Shown here: positions 34,297 through 44,489 of the stretch, in pieces
How positions within the stretch are numbered: position 1 is the stretch's first letter
Layout: each line of letters begins with the position of its first letter
Virus record (IMG/VR): IMGVR_UViG_3300030451_003374
Location: 32,001-96,000 of that record
Source: a virus
Reading direction: 5' to 3' (one strand)
Length of the DNA stretch: 64,000 nt
Position numbers and translations under genes: made by a program
Notes under the pieces: generated by a model
What the model was told of the DNA's origin: nothing
Databases searched by the model: none
Seen by the model: the letters and a program-made list of their open reading frames with translations, nothing else

Positions 34297-35873
34297 ATAA
34301 TATTGAAATACTTCATGTAAAAATCATGGTGTTTATATCTAGCATGTATTCTATGGTTCAGTCCAGTAATCTTATATAATTTTACCATTAATTCTTGTAG
34401 TCTAAGGTATTGTTTCTTGTCACCATGTTGTGGATGTTTACCTCTCCTTCCTATCTTATTGAAGAATCCTAATTTGATACCAGATTGATTTCTATCACCA
34501 TAGAAGAGTGGTTCTATTCCAGTGTCCTGTATGGCAGCATCAAATGGTATGTTGTCACGATTGTATTTTTTATTACCCCACATGTACCACCTCTCATTGA
34601 ATGTTTTTATTTCTTCTGTCAATTTTCTCCACACTATTGTGCATTGTGGACTGGAATAGTTCTTAAAATTATATCCATTATCATTCAATTCATTTATAAA
34701 ATTCATGAGAGTTTCCTCTGAGAAGAATGCACATGTATATCCTTCTATAATCTCATCAAGTAAAGAGAAATTACCTCCATGTTTTAGTGCAGAGAATGGA
34801 AATGATTTCATACTTCTCTCTATAAACAACTCAGTCAATACGAAACAACCATCTATCCATACTGTGTAAGAATTTTCCGGAAAGAACTCATGTGCATTTG
34901 CTTTGACATAGAATGCAAAGTCTCTTGGATCTTCTATATCTAAATCTAACTCAACATATATCCATGGTTTTACTGTAGTATCAATAGTGCCATCATGGAA
35001 ACAGACATACTTTACATTAGGATCGTAGTATGATTCCCTAGGGAATACATCATAGTTATCAGTAATACATGTGAATACTATTAGTTGTGTATCAATATCA
35101 GATCCAAATTCAAACGGTAATGAATCTGTTGTAGATTTTATCATGATACTTGCTATATCTTTGAAGTTGAAAATCTCATTCAACTCTGTCTGTAAGTCTA
35201 CAATAGATCTATTAGTTGGTTTGTCTATACAAAATGAATGATTGTATGGTTTGATTCTATTTGGTTTTGATAGATCCACCATGGGTGTAGGGTTTCTATC
35301 TGCCTTGACTACAAGATACTCTGCCATTGAACTAGAGACTTGATCTCTATTCACTCCACCCATATACCATTCTCTCCATACCTTACCCCATTCAATAACC
35401 TCTGGTGTAAGTCTCCTCCATATCACACAGTTTATAGTTTGATCGTAGTCTTTAGGATCATATCCTCTACTCTGCATGAGACGTGCCATGTCTATGATCT
35501 CATCTTTGGTAGAGAATCCATAAGCATGTAGTTTATTAAACTCAGCAGTCAATGATCTCTTATCAGGATGTGTTGGTAACATAAAGTCACCTTCATATTC
35601 TTTAGAGAACTCTACAAGTTCTTGTGTGATATTATATGCAGCGTCAACCCATACAACATACTCACCCTCATCAAAATATAAATGAGGACAATGTTTAGGA
35701 TGATATGATCTTCTAACTGGACACTCTTCTTCTACATCTATCTTGATATATTTCCATAGTGGTTTAGTAGTCTCTATAGTACCATCATGGAAACAAATAT
35801 ACTGACAATCTTTATCATAATATACGTCAGGAACGGTATCATAACCGTTCGTTATACACGTATAGAATATCAT
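34293..35873 (-). CDS. Tandem double DUF616 protein
   Basis: Two repeats: FYTCITNGYD..CFHDGTIET..WVDA..RDQVS and FTCITDNYD..CFHDGTIDT..WIDG..RDNIPF. Confidence 0.75.
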   Translation of the reverse strand: MIFYTCITNGYDTVPDVYYDKDCQYICFHDGTIETTKPLWKYIKIDVEEECPVRRSYHPKHCPHLYFDEGEYVVWVDAAYNITQELVEFSKEYEGDFMLPTHPDKRSLTAEFNKLHAYGFSTKDEIIDMARLMQSRGYDPKDYDQTINCVIWRRLTPEVIEWGKVWREWYMGGVNRDQVSSSMAEYLVVKADRNPTPMVDLSKPNRIKPYNHSFCIDKPTNRSIVDLQTELNEIFNFKDIASIMIKSTTDSLPFEFGSDIDTQLIVFTCITDNYDVFPRESYYDPNVKYVCFHDGTIDTTVKPWIYVELDLDIEDPRDFAFYVKANAHEFFPENSYTVWIDGCFVLTELFIERSMKSFPFSALKHGGNFSLLDEIIEGYTCAFFSEETLMNFINELNDNGYNFKNYSSPQCTIVWRKLTEEIKTFNERWYMWGNKKYNRDNIPFDAAIQDTGIEPLFYGDRNQSGIKLGFFNKIGRRGKHPQHGDKKQYLRLQELMVKLYKITGLNHRIHARYKHHDFYMKYFNII

Positions 35874-36631
35874 TTTCGTGCTGCTTCACTCAGTGTCTTC
35901 TCTGTTACGTTACCAGGTTCTCTTATGAACCAACCTGTTGCAATATACTTTGACTTTTCACCTGTTAGAAATGCACCACGATGCATGTGAGTATATGCTG
36001 CTGGCCACAGTACTACTGTACCTTTCTTTGGTTGGAAGGATATCTCTTGATGATAGAAGTCTGTTGCTCCACCATTCTCATATGGAATATCATTTAGATA
36101 TATCATCCATGTTAGAACTCTATCTCTATACAAGAAGTTACCATTCTCACAATGCCATACATGATAACCACCACCAGGATCAGTACGTTGTAACTTACAT
36201 GTCCATGATGATACAGGGTCACTTGCATCTACAAGACCTGAGTACTTCTTGACATACATTTCAAATGCCATACCTACAGACTGGTTGACTTGCATAGTCA
36301 TAGTCTGATCACATATCTCTAGGTATAGTTGATGATCCTTTCTACCCATTCCACCCTGTGGAAACTGAGTCTTACCATCATTGAAATGATCCAATGTAAA
36401 TGTATCGTCACCCATCTTAGTCACATCATGTGTTGATGGTATGTTCTTGAAATATTTTTTTGTGTACCAGAACTCAAAAAGATCTACGAGTGAGTCACAA
36501 AATTCTGGTTTGACAAAGTTCTCAAAGACACCTATGGCACCATAGTCTTTCATCTCTGTGAATACTGGTTGTGGTACCTTGATAATAGGATCGTACTCGT
36601 CACTCTCAAGTGGTGTAATAGATGTGTTCAT
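35870..36631 (-). CDS. 2OG-Fe(II) oxygenase (prolyl 4-hydroxylase-like)
   Basis: GGGYHVWHCE..RVLTWMIYLND..GGAT.F..WPAAYTHMHRG..KYIATGW. Confidence 0.85.
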   Translation of the reverse strand: MNTSITPLESDEYDPIIKVPQPVFTEMKDYGAIGVFENFVKPEFCDSLVDLFEFWYTKKYFKNIPSTHDVTKMGDDTFTLDHFNDGKTQFPQGGMGRKDHQLYLEICDQTMTMQVNQSVGMAFEMYVKKYSGLVDASDPVSSWTCKLQRTDPGGGYHVWHCENGNFLYRDRVLTWMIYLNDIPYENGGATDFYHQEISFQPKKGTVVLWPAAYTHMHRGAFLTGEKSKYIATGWFIREPGNVTEKTLSEAARK

Positions 36632-37428
36632 TGTTCTTTCAATTGATTTAGGTATACTGATGGCGGAACTCTACCAACGTACTCATCAAGTTCCATGATT
36701 TGATCAATGGTATGATCCACTGCTTGGTATTCCCAGAACTCCTTTAATGCATTATTGCTTCCTTTGTGAAAAATGTCAAGGTGTTCTTCATGTATATTAG
36801 AACCCAAGTCCATCCTGTAATTGAACAAGGGTGTGGCATAGGTCTTACCACTATCTAATATTAGGTCTTCGGAGACTGCTCTTGGTCTGATGTTCTGGTC
36901 GATCTTCCACTGCGTTCCTCTTTGGTGTAGACGGATGCACTTAGTTGCATGATGACGAGTAATAAGGTAGCAAGCAGCAGAAAAGTCATTGATAAATCTG
37001 TGGTGAAGTTTCAAGGTTATCCCATTAGGATTTATAATAGTAAGTTGCAAACAATCAAAGTTTATTGGCAGTCTCTTACGTACTTCTTTCCATGTGAACG
37101 TCCAACTAGATGCAGTAGATAAATCTACATCATCTTCCATGATGAAAACCTCATCTAAATCTGTCTCTTCTACAAAATATTTGAGGGCACTCAAGTGTGA
37201 CATGACACAAGCACACTCACCTGTATTCATCTGATCAGGAACTGTTCCTTTTAGGTGCTCTTCAAACTCCTCACCATCTATACCTGAGATACGATGATGA
37301 TCTTTTATTCCCCAATAGGATAGATGATCTTCCATATACTTCCTTCTCTCTGTGCAGCGATCAAGATTGATCCACAACACATTAGGAAAACCATCTAGTT
37401 TTTTTATCGCTTTATTTTTGTCGGGCAT
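36628..37428 (-). CDS. Glycosyltransferase family 25
   Basis: WINLDRCTERR..GECACVMSH..IMEDD. Confidence 0.8.
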   Translation of the reverse strand: MPDKNKAIKKLDGFPNVLWINLDRCTERRKYMEDHLSYWGIKDHHRISGIDGEEFEEHLKGTVPDQMNTGECACVMSHLSALKYFVEETDLDEVFIMEDDVDLSTASSWTFTWKEVRKRLPINFDCLQLTIINPNGITLKLHHRFINDFSAACYLITRHHATKCIRLHQRGTQWKIDQNIRPRAVSEDLILDSGKTYATPLFNYRMDLGSNIHEEHLDIFHKGSNNALKEFWEYQAVDHTIDQIMELDEYVGRVPPSVYLNQLKEQ

Positions 37429-38320
37429 TTAAGTACTCAGGGTTAGCATAATATTCTTCAAGTTGTTTGCGAGTCATCTTGCTCAACTTCTGCCACAGTT
37501 CCCTGTTACTTTCTATGTGTGGGTTATTGAACCATGAATTAGGTGTCCTACCATGCTCCATGTGGAACACGTGATCATTCAATCTCAATACCTTAGAACA
37601 AGTATTGAATCTATGATAGCGTTCGTCATCTTCATAACCATATGCTACAAACCCTTCGTTCTCTGCACCTAGTCTACGGTATTCTTTTGTGTCAAAGAAT
37701 TGACAGAAACCAAACTTGGCATCATATAAGTTTGCTTTTCCTTGGAACGCTCCGAAATTGAAATTAGAATTAATGAAACGAGTAACATCTTCATCCTTGA
37801 TAAACAACTGGTATTGGAACTCACCTATTCCATAAGGGTATACACATTTTATATCTTCACCATTGTAACCTTTGAGTATAGTATTCTGTGCGAGTATGTA
37901 ACTGTTTAGTGGGAGGATTATATCTGCGTCGTAGTTGCATACAACTGGTGTCTCTACCAACTCCAACATATCATTGAGTAGTTTGGTGCGATGAAATATT
38001 ACATCATCTGCCTCCTCAAATATGTGATGTATATTATGCATCTTGATAGGAGGTACTACCTCATCAAGCATAGGAACAACTTGCTTTAGGAATACAGATT
38101 CCTTATCATGTTCTTTTACTATTATTTGAGTGTCAAAATTCTTTAGAAGATATACCAATGTGGTAGTTATATTTCTAATTCTATCTGCTGTCTCACACCT
38201 AAGAGGTATGATAAATGTAGTGCTTGTTAGATCCCACGAATTTATAGGTTGAATTTGTAGGTCTTCGTACATACCAAGATCAGGAATCTCTACTCCCTCT
38301 TGTACGATTTTATCTGCCAT
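37412..38320 (-). CDS. GT2/GT7-like glycosyltransferase
   Basis: FIIPLR..DR..N..YDADI..ENEGFVAYGYEDDE..HMEH. Confidence 0.75.
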   Translation of the reverse strand: MADKIVQEGVEIPDLGMYEDLQIQPINSWDLTSTTFIIPLRCETADRIRNITTTLVYLLKNFDTQIIVKEHDKESVFLKQVVPMLDEVVPPIKMHNIHHIFEEADDVIFHRTKLLNDMLELVETPVVCNYDADIILPLNSYILAQNTILKGYNGEDIKCVYPYGIGEFQYQLFIKDEDVTRFINSNFNFGAFQGKANLYDAKFGFCQFFDTKEYRRLGAENEGFVAYGYEDDERYHRFNTCSKVLRLNDHVFHMEHGRTPNSWFNNPHIESNRELWQKLSKMTRKQLEEYYANPEYLNARQK

Positions 38321-39108
38321 TACTTTAATACCTCCCAGTTGCTACAGTATAGATCAGATGTTATATGATTCTTAGTATACCCTACTCCGAACCATTTGTC
38401 AGGTGCTATTATCCTTTTGTTAGGATTCTTACTCAACCATGACCCCCACCAACTGAATGATGAGTTAGCGATAATGAAATCAGAACACAGACTCATCATG
38501 CACAAGTCTGCAAGATTGTCTCCACCTTCTGAGATAAGGAACCTATCATCAGGGAACTCAGTGCCACACCATTCAGGATCGTCAGAAAAAATAATAACAT
38601 TACGTTTAGCATCAAACTTTGATAGGGCAGCGTCATAGTATTCCTTTGGACATGGTGGATGATTATCACAGTTCTGTATATAGTCACCTCTACGAACGTG
38701 TAATGCAATAGGATCATTCACTGTTGCAATCATATCTTCACATGGTTCTCTGATCTCATTCTTGAACTCAAAGTCCTCACGTATTTCATCTTCTATATGA
38801 TCAAAGTATTTTGTACTCTGTAAGTATGCATATACATTATGATTGTCAGGCATATTGTTGAACAAGTTTGCATCATAATGGAAGTGTGCTTCTCCTACGT
38901 AGGTGCCAGGACACGTTCCTATGTTAGTCAAACCTTTTAGTTTGAATGCCTCAAAGAGTTGATGGTCTGTCCACTCATCTTTGAAGTCACTATCAGGAAT
39001 CATAAAATCAAAACCACGATGTGCTGCTATGCCTCGTAGTCCTGCATACTGGAACATTTGATTACCCAGTCTGCCATGTCTTCCTAAGTGGTTGAATCCT
39101 ATTGTCAT
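38320..39108 (-). CDS. Alpha-1,2-fucosyltransferase-like (GT11)
   Basis: GRLGNQMFQY, HVRRGDY, FSDD, IIANSSFSWWG. Confidence 0.88.
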   Translation of the reverse strand: MTIGFNHLGRHGRLGNQMFQYAGLRGIAAHRGFDFMIPDSDFKDEWTDHQLFEAFKLKGLTNIGTCPGTYVGEAHFHYDANLFNNMPDNHNVYAYLQSTKYFDHIEDEIREDFEFKNEIREPCEDMIATVNDPIALHVRRGDYIQNCDNHPPCPKEYYDAALSKFDAKRNVIIFSDDPEWCGTEFPDDRFLISEGGDNLADLCMMSLCSDFIIANSSFSWWGSWLSKNPNKRIIAPDKWFGVGYTKNHITSDLYCSNWEVLK

Positions 39109-39341
39109 GATTTAATTTTGTAAGGCATTTCTTCCCATATCAACCAATCTTTTGGTTTAGGTGCTAACAAATAACAATCCTTATCACTTGTCACATATGC
39201 TTCAATGAGTGCTTGTACCTCTACAGTAAGTCGATCATTACTAGCTGATACTCTATGATTACTATGACCAAGATAGACAAGTCCACCTGTCAACATAGCA
39301 GTAGCAAAGTAACCTATGGTTACAGCATAATTTAGTTTCAT
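39105..39341 (-). CDS. Small membrane-anchored hypothetical protein
   Basis: 78 aa with N-terminal TM segment; ATGA overlaps on both sides. Confidence 0.55.
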   Translation of the reverse strand: MKLNYAVTIGYFATAMLTGGLVYLGHSNHRVSASNDRLTVEVQALIEAYVTSDKDCYLLAPKPKDWLIWEEMPYKIKS

Positions 39342-40024
39342 GATGAATGTTTTTCTTTCAAGTATTCAATCTCCTTTGGTAAGAGATCTTCGTATTGTCT
39401 TTGTGTTTGATTGGGGTGTTCTCTATTAGAGATGTGATAAGTTTTTATCACTGCTGGTTGTCCATGATCTCTGTACAATCTATAGTACATGTCACAGTCC
39501 ATCAGCATAACAAGTTCCTCATCAAAATACTCCTCAATACCTTTTCTCAGTGCGAGAATAGATGGTGAACTAAGAGTATTTACCCCTTCTAATAAACGGT
39601 CATTCCAAACAGGCACCTTTGGATTGTAGTGTGTCTGTCCATTATCTAGGGTGTGAGCAAACCCCGTAACCGCCCAGTCGACATCCAATTTGAATGCCTT
39701 ATGTAAATCTTCTGTGAGGGTTCTGGTTAGTATGAAATCATCAGAGAAGAGAACCTTTAGTATGTCACCATCTGCGTTGCGAAGAGCATGATTAGTGTTA
39801 GCAGAAATGTTCCCATGATTAGTCTTATTTCTAACATAGTTTATATGAAATAGATCTGAGTATTCTTTACAAGCATTGAGAACTTTGTCTGTCTTTCCAT
39901 GATCGGAAATCCACACGTTGAAGTCCTTATCAGTTTGTTCGGACAGAGCATAGAAAATATCAAACAAGTAGGATTGACATTTTGGATTGCTATCATGGGT
40001 CGGTATACAATAACTGACCGTCAT
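39338..40024 (-). CDS. Glycosyltransferase family 2
   Basis: SYCIPTH..VWISDH..N..ISANTN.AL..LFSDD..MDCD. Confidence 0.8.
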   Translation of the reverse strand: MTVSYCIPTHDSNPKCQSYLFDIFYALSEQTDKDFNVWISDHGKTDKVLNACKEYSDLFHINYVRNKTNHGNISANTNHALRNADGDILKVLFSDDFILTRTLTEDLHKAFKLDVDWAVTGFAHTLDNGQTHYNPKVPVWNDRLLEGVNTLSSPSILALRKGIEEYFDEELVMLMDCDMYYRLYRDHGQPAVIKTYHISNREHPNQTQRQYEDLLPKEIEYLKEKHSS

Positions 40025-40809
40025 CCATTTACCTCTTTGACTATCCTATCAGTGAGTCTAGGTACGACATCATTGTCGCTATGAAATTTCTTTGCTCTCT
40101 GATAGTTATCTTCGATAGCATCTAATCTGACATCATATTTGTTAGCATCAAGACTTGATAATATATTCTCTAGTTCATCTATTGTATTGAATGTTATTAT
40201 ACCATCCATGTTGAACCACTCATTGATGTTAGGACATCCATAGTATATTGGTACAGTCTTAGATGCAAAACAATCTATTACTTTTTCTGTGAAGTAGTTC
40301 TTCTGTCTGGAATTTTCAACAGCGATGTGGAACTTAGCAGACTCAAAGAAGTCATTCCTTCTGTCATGGAATGGTGGTGACTTATGTGCATAGTATTGTA
40401 GACCATTAGACACATCAATACTCTTGAGTAACTCGTATATATCCAGACGTAACTTGTGTCCTAGTGTCTGATACTTCTCACTGGTAACAAAGGTGACATT
40501 ATTACCCTTGTTTAGTTTCAAATCTTTGAAGTCTAACCAACTACTACCCCACTCAAATAGTTCTGCCTGTGGATAGTGGTCTAATATCTTCTGTGTAAAT
40601 GTGTATATCTTATCGAACTTCATTGCACCACGAAGTGCTCCCTCTGTAACAGTAGGAAGAATAGAATATGGTTCTGCTAAAAATAATATCTTATAGTCTG
40701 CTCTCTCATCACAATCTAAATTATCGATTGAGATACTTACATTCTTTTTGAAGTCAAGTCCTTTGTCACCCCACGGATTCCACCATAGTGGATAGAATTT
40801 TGTAGTCAT
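40021..40809 (-). CDS. GT10-like (alpha-1,3-fucosyltransferase motif) glycosyltransferase
   Basis: KFHIAVENSRQKNYFTEKVIDCF..TVPIYYG. Confidence 0.7.
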   Translation of the reverse strand: MTTKFYPLWWNPWGDKGLDFKKNVSISIDNLDCDERADYKILFLAEPYSILPTVTEGALRGAMKFDKIYTFTQKILDHYPQAELFEWGSSWLDFKDLKLNKGNNVTFVTSEKYQTLGHKLRLDIYELLKSIDVSNGLQYYAHKSPPFHDRRNDFFESAKFHIAVENSRQKNYFTEKVIDCFASKTVPIYYGCPNINEWFNMDGIITFNTIDELENILSSLDANKYDVRLDAIEDNYQRAKKFHSDNDVVPRLTDRIVKEVNG

Positions 40810-41471
40810 CGTATTTCTTGAAAATGATAATGGAAACCAAAGGTTTCTTGTTCACTGTCTGGTAGCATCTCTTCTCTAGAGAACTTACTCGCCACCTCGA
40901 CGGGAGCATACACACATCCCTGTCCCTCGAAGATGTGCCTGTTGTGTACGCATATGTTCCCGTCCTCGTTATATAGTCCGGCATTCATGTGCTTATAAAA
41001 AGTACCCTCGTTTACTTCCCAAGGGACGGTGACTTTTGTGGGGACGTCGAGTAGACGCTTGGAGCGTAAGGAAAATCCTCCATTCCCGACACGTTGGTTC
41101 CTTCCCCACGGGTCAAGGTACGCTGTTGGGTCATCTCTCCACGGTGCACCAATGTAGTCATACTCAAGAAATTTATTATCCCAAAGATGAGGACGAATAA
41201 CGTAGCCGTCCGGATGTATGAGAAGGCAATGCGAGGTCCTGACGTGATTAGTAAGATTGTAAATACAATAAAAATTAAAGTCATTGATACTTTCTATGGG
41301 ATAGGTTTCTTCATACTCAACCTGATCACATAGTCCTTCTGGTTTTTTGCTACCTAAAAACTTTGCTCGACCCCATTGAATCTTTTCGCATGATTTATTT
41401 ATTGCGTACACTGCATCTGGAAGGTCTAAATCTGCCAGTATTATCAGTGTGACATCAGGTATTTTTAGCAC
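40806..41471 (-). CDS. DUF5672 family protein (putative glycosyltransferase)
   Basis: LLIHPDGYV..W...FLEYDYIGAPW..VGNGGFSLRS..NED..FGFH. Confidence 0.75.
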   Translation of the reverse strand: MLKIPDVTLIILADLDLPDAVYAINKSCEKIQWGRAKFLGSKKPEGLCDQVEYEETYPIESINDFNFYCIYNLTNHVRTSHCLLIHPDGYVIRPHLWDNKFLEYDYIGAPWRDDPTAYLDPWGRNQRVGNGGFSLRSKRLLDVPTKVTVPWEVNEGTFYKHMNAGLYNEDGNICVHNRHIFEGQGCVYAPVEVASKFSREEMLPDSEQETFGFHYHFQEIR

Positions 41472-42372
41472 GGTTTACCGCCCTATTGAATATACTGTGT
41501 AAGTGTAGCATATTTACGTCAAGATTTCTAGCTCTTACAAACAGATCATCATGCTCTGCTAACATTGTTTTCGTTATCGTACCATAATCATTTACCCATA
41601 ACACAGGATAGTTATCGTATAACCTCTCTAGGTATGGGTTTCTTTTCATGATAGGAACTCGTTTCATATACAAAACCTCCCAGTTCCTATGGCAATCCAC
41701 AGCATTTCCTTCAGGACATATCATAAACTTATGATCCTGAATGTCTTTTAGATAGTATCTGTATTCCTTTCTTTCTCCGACAGTTGCAAATGACTTGTTG
41801 GAAAACATATCCCTGATGTTTCCTCTAACCGATAGGTTGGTATGCTCAGAGTGATTAATGTAGAGAAGTTTTCTAGGTTTGGGATCGTCTCCCATCGCAT
41901 GGATGAGAACATCTTGTCTATTATCGTGGACATGTAACCTCCTTCCCACTCCGTAAGGAAATGGATGTAGTTTTTCGTGAGTCCCTATCGCATTAGCACC
42001 ATAGACCCCCAATACGTTAGGAGGTATATGAATATCACTGTTGATAGGAGTATCTTCATTGTTACAAAAGACTATAAATTTTTTGTCTAGTGAAGCACAT
42101 AACTTCATTAGATCGTTTTTAGACTGTAGACCATCTACCCAACGCTGATCAGCATCGTTGTTGCATTTGATCTGTCTATTATATAATCTAATATTATCTA
42201 TGAATAGAGTCAAGACATCCTTATCACTTTGGTTTACAAATGTAATAAACTCTATGTTGTCAGTATTAGCATCCTTCATGAATGCATTCAACACCTGACC
42301 TACCACTCCTGCCTGATCACCAAAGTCATAGTCACAGTGGTCTGCTATTGCAGGTCCTGATATAACATTCAT
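41455..42372 (-). CDS. Exostosin (GT47)-like glycosyltransferase
   Basis: HKFMICPEGNAVDCHRNWEVLYMKRVPI. Confidence 0.65.
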   Translation of the reverse strand: MNVISGPAIADHCDYDFGDQAGVVGQVLNAFMKDANTDNIEFITFVNQSDKDVLTLFIDNIRLYNRQIKCNNDADQRWVDGLQSKNDLMKLCASLDKKFIVFCNNEDTPINSDIHIPPNVLGVYGANAIGTHEKLHPFPYGVGRRLHVHDNRQDVLIHAMGDDPKPRKLLYINHSEHTNLSVRGNIRDMFSNKSFATVGERKEYRYYLKDIQDHKFMICPEGNAVDCHRNWEVLYMKRVPIMKRNPYLERLYDNYPVLWVNDYGTITKTMLAEHDDLFVRARNLDVNMLHLHSIFNRAVNRAKNT

Positions 42373-43217
42373 AATGTCTTTATAAACTTCTTCATCTTAC
42401 GATTCTTCTGTGCTCTTACATAAGCAGGGAATGACTCGTCTATTGGTACAGTTGTGGGAGTATACAAATAACTTCTACCATAAGGATCTTGATTATTTTT
42501 TATCCTATCCTCCATACTATCTCTGAACTCTGCTTTATTATTCTCCTGATGCTCGTATGCATCCATCTTCTCCCTAACAGTATCAGCATCACCAAAGAAA
42601 CTCCAGTGCCATGATGCATCAGCAATCTTGTATGCTAATTCATGTGACTGTCTTAGTTTATCTACACTCATACTCTTCAGTGTTTTCATATCACATACTC
42701 TTGTTCCCATCCACTGATCCTCACACTTCACATTGAGGTAGTAGTAATATAAAGGACCTGTCAATACATAATGATTCTTTGGATCAAACCAACTTTCTAT
42801 ACACTGTATCGCTTCTGGGTTTGCAATCTCATCTGCATCACTTGTTAGTATGATGTCATTGTCCTCTGCTATATCAAGGAACCCATAGATTGCTGAGTCC
42901 TTATGGAAGCATGCTCTCTGATAATGTATTGGTAAATCTTTTATACCTTCTTCTATCATACTACGATGGTAAGGGACACCCTCATAGTATTGCTCGTATG
43001 TTTTATTGTCGTCCTCTGTCAGATGATATATTATCTTATCGTCCCACTTCTTGAATCTCTTTCTATTCTCTGCAAAGTATAGGGGTTTTGGTTTACCTGT
43101 GAAGGTTATGTTTGCCTCATTGATAACAAAATAATCTACTGAGTTACCTAAGATATTCATTCTTAGTTCTAATAGATCTAGTTCATTATAAAAAGTAAAG
43201 ACGTCAAAAATTTTCAT
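42369..43217 (-). CDS. Glycosyltransferase family 17-like
   Basis: FYNELDLLELR..FVINEANITFTGKPKPLYF..SDADEI..WHWSF. Confidence 0.8.
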   Translation of the reverse strand: MKIFDVFTFYNELDLLELRMNILGNSVDYFVINEANITFTGKPKPLYFAENRKRFKKWDDKIIYHLTEDDNKTYEQYYEGVPYHRSMIEEGIKDLPIHYQRACFHKDSAIYGFLDIAEDNDIILTSDADEIANPEAIQCIESWFDPKNHYVLTGPLYYYYLNVKCEDQWMGTRVCDMKTLKSMSVDKLRQSHELAYKIADASWHWSFFGDADTVREKMDAYEHQENNKAEFRDSMEDRIKNNQDPYGRSYLYTPTTVPIDESFPAYVRAQKNRKMKKFIKTL

Positions 43218-43756
43218 GGGTAATAATTTATATTGAGGGTGAATCTAGTGGTCTTAGATGGTGAAGAACTTGAGTGGTACTGTGACCCATCAAAGACTAC
43301 AACCTTCCCTCTTTCAGGTGTTTCTCTATGTATAACCTTTTGATCAGAGTCGAAAAAGAATGTGTCACCGTCTGCTTTATTAGGATAATATAGTGCCACA
43401 ATATGTTTTCTATCAGGTTGATCTATATGTGAGTTATGTGCTACACCAAAGACATCAGGTCTAGGATATTGTAATGTCATGTGTGCTCTCATCATTATAT
43501 TATTAGGCATACCTATTGCTTGACCAATTGGAATCCATGGGAACTTACGGAAGTGTTCTGACTTCTCTCCTTCTTCGTTCAATAATGTGTGACTGAAGTA
43601 AGGATGCATGTCAGTCTTTAGATCATGCTCAAAATTACCATAAGCACAATCATCAAAGTAAAAGTATGGCAACTTCTTACACAGATTCTCTATGAGTTTC
43701 TGATGTGTAAGTTTAAGTTTGTGCCTTGTAATCGAAAAGGAATTGTCGTTGCTCAT
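43214..43756 (-). CDS. 2OG-Fe(II) oxygenase-like protein
   Basis: HNSHID..LYY.N..DGDTFFF..PERGKVVVFDG..YHSSS..R..LNIN. Confidence 0.7.
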   Translation of the reverse strand: MSNDNSFSITRHKLKLTHQKLIENLCKKLPYFYFDDCAYGNFEHDLKTDMHPYFSHTLLNEEGEKSEHFRKFPWIPIGQAIGMPNNIMMRAHMTLQYPRPDVFGVAHNSHIDQPDRKHIVALYYPNKADGDTFFFDSDQKVIHRETPERGKVVVFDGSQYHSSSSPSKTTRFTLNINYYP

Positions 43757-44489
43757 CAGAGTTAGTCCATTCTCCTATACCTATGTAATCAGGTAGTTCC
43801 ATAAGGTTGATCCTGACATCAGTATTATAGAACATCTTATAATTTAGGTGCTCTGTAATATGGAGGTCAGTACAATATAATTCTTCTATCTTTTTGCTAC
43901 ACAATGCAGCAGCAGTACCAAATGTTCCTACACCTGATGTTGCTACATGTTTTGCATTGATTAGTGTGGCAAAGTCTTGTTCCACACTCTTAGATTGTAT
44001 AGTTACCTTTGGATTCTTTCTTAGTTCTTCTATGATAGGATTATAGTTATCAGGTTCTGTTACTACTATTGCCTTCTCAAAGGCTTCAAGCAAAGTAAAG
44101 TAAAAAACGTAGGGATTAGGAACATATTGATCAGGGTTAGTGACGTTCTTGTCAAAAACATCTCCACTGCGAATATGGATGACAAGAGTGTCATCAGGAA
44201 CATCAACACTGGGGAGTGCCAACTGAGGGTATATAAACTCCTTACAAAACGCTCGTATCTGAGTGTATACCAACGAAGAATCAATCGTAACTTCTTTGTA
44301 CGGTCCTTGATAATAGAAAAATTTGGACTGATGGTCACTACGACCATCCCCAAATTTAACCGAAAATTGTTTGATGACATCATGTGGAATAGATTCAAAT
44401 GTGGTCTTGTATGCTTGTGCCATCATCAAACCAACAGCACATTGTTGTATGTTATTACCTAGTCTGCCATACCAATGAGAAATTTTCAT
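43713..44489 (-). CDS. Divergent GT11-like protein
   Basis: YGRLGNNIQQ and IHIRSGD echo the GT11 motifs GRLGNQMFQ and HVRRGD; likely start MKISHW. Confidence 0.55.
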   Translation of the reverse strand: MKISHWYGRLGNNIQQCAVGLMMAQAYKTTFESIPHDVIKQFSVKFGDGRSDHQSKFFYYQGPYKEVTIDSSLVYTQIRAFCKEFIYPQLALPSVDVPDDTLVIHIRSGDVFDKNVTNPDQYVPNPYVFYFTLLEAFEKAIVVTEPDNYNPIIEELRKNPKVTIQSKSVEQDFATLINAKHVATSGVGTFGTAAALCSKKIEELYCTDLHITEHLNYKMFYNTDVRINLMELPDYIGIGEWTNSDEQRQFLFDYKAQT

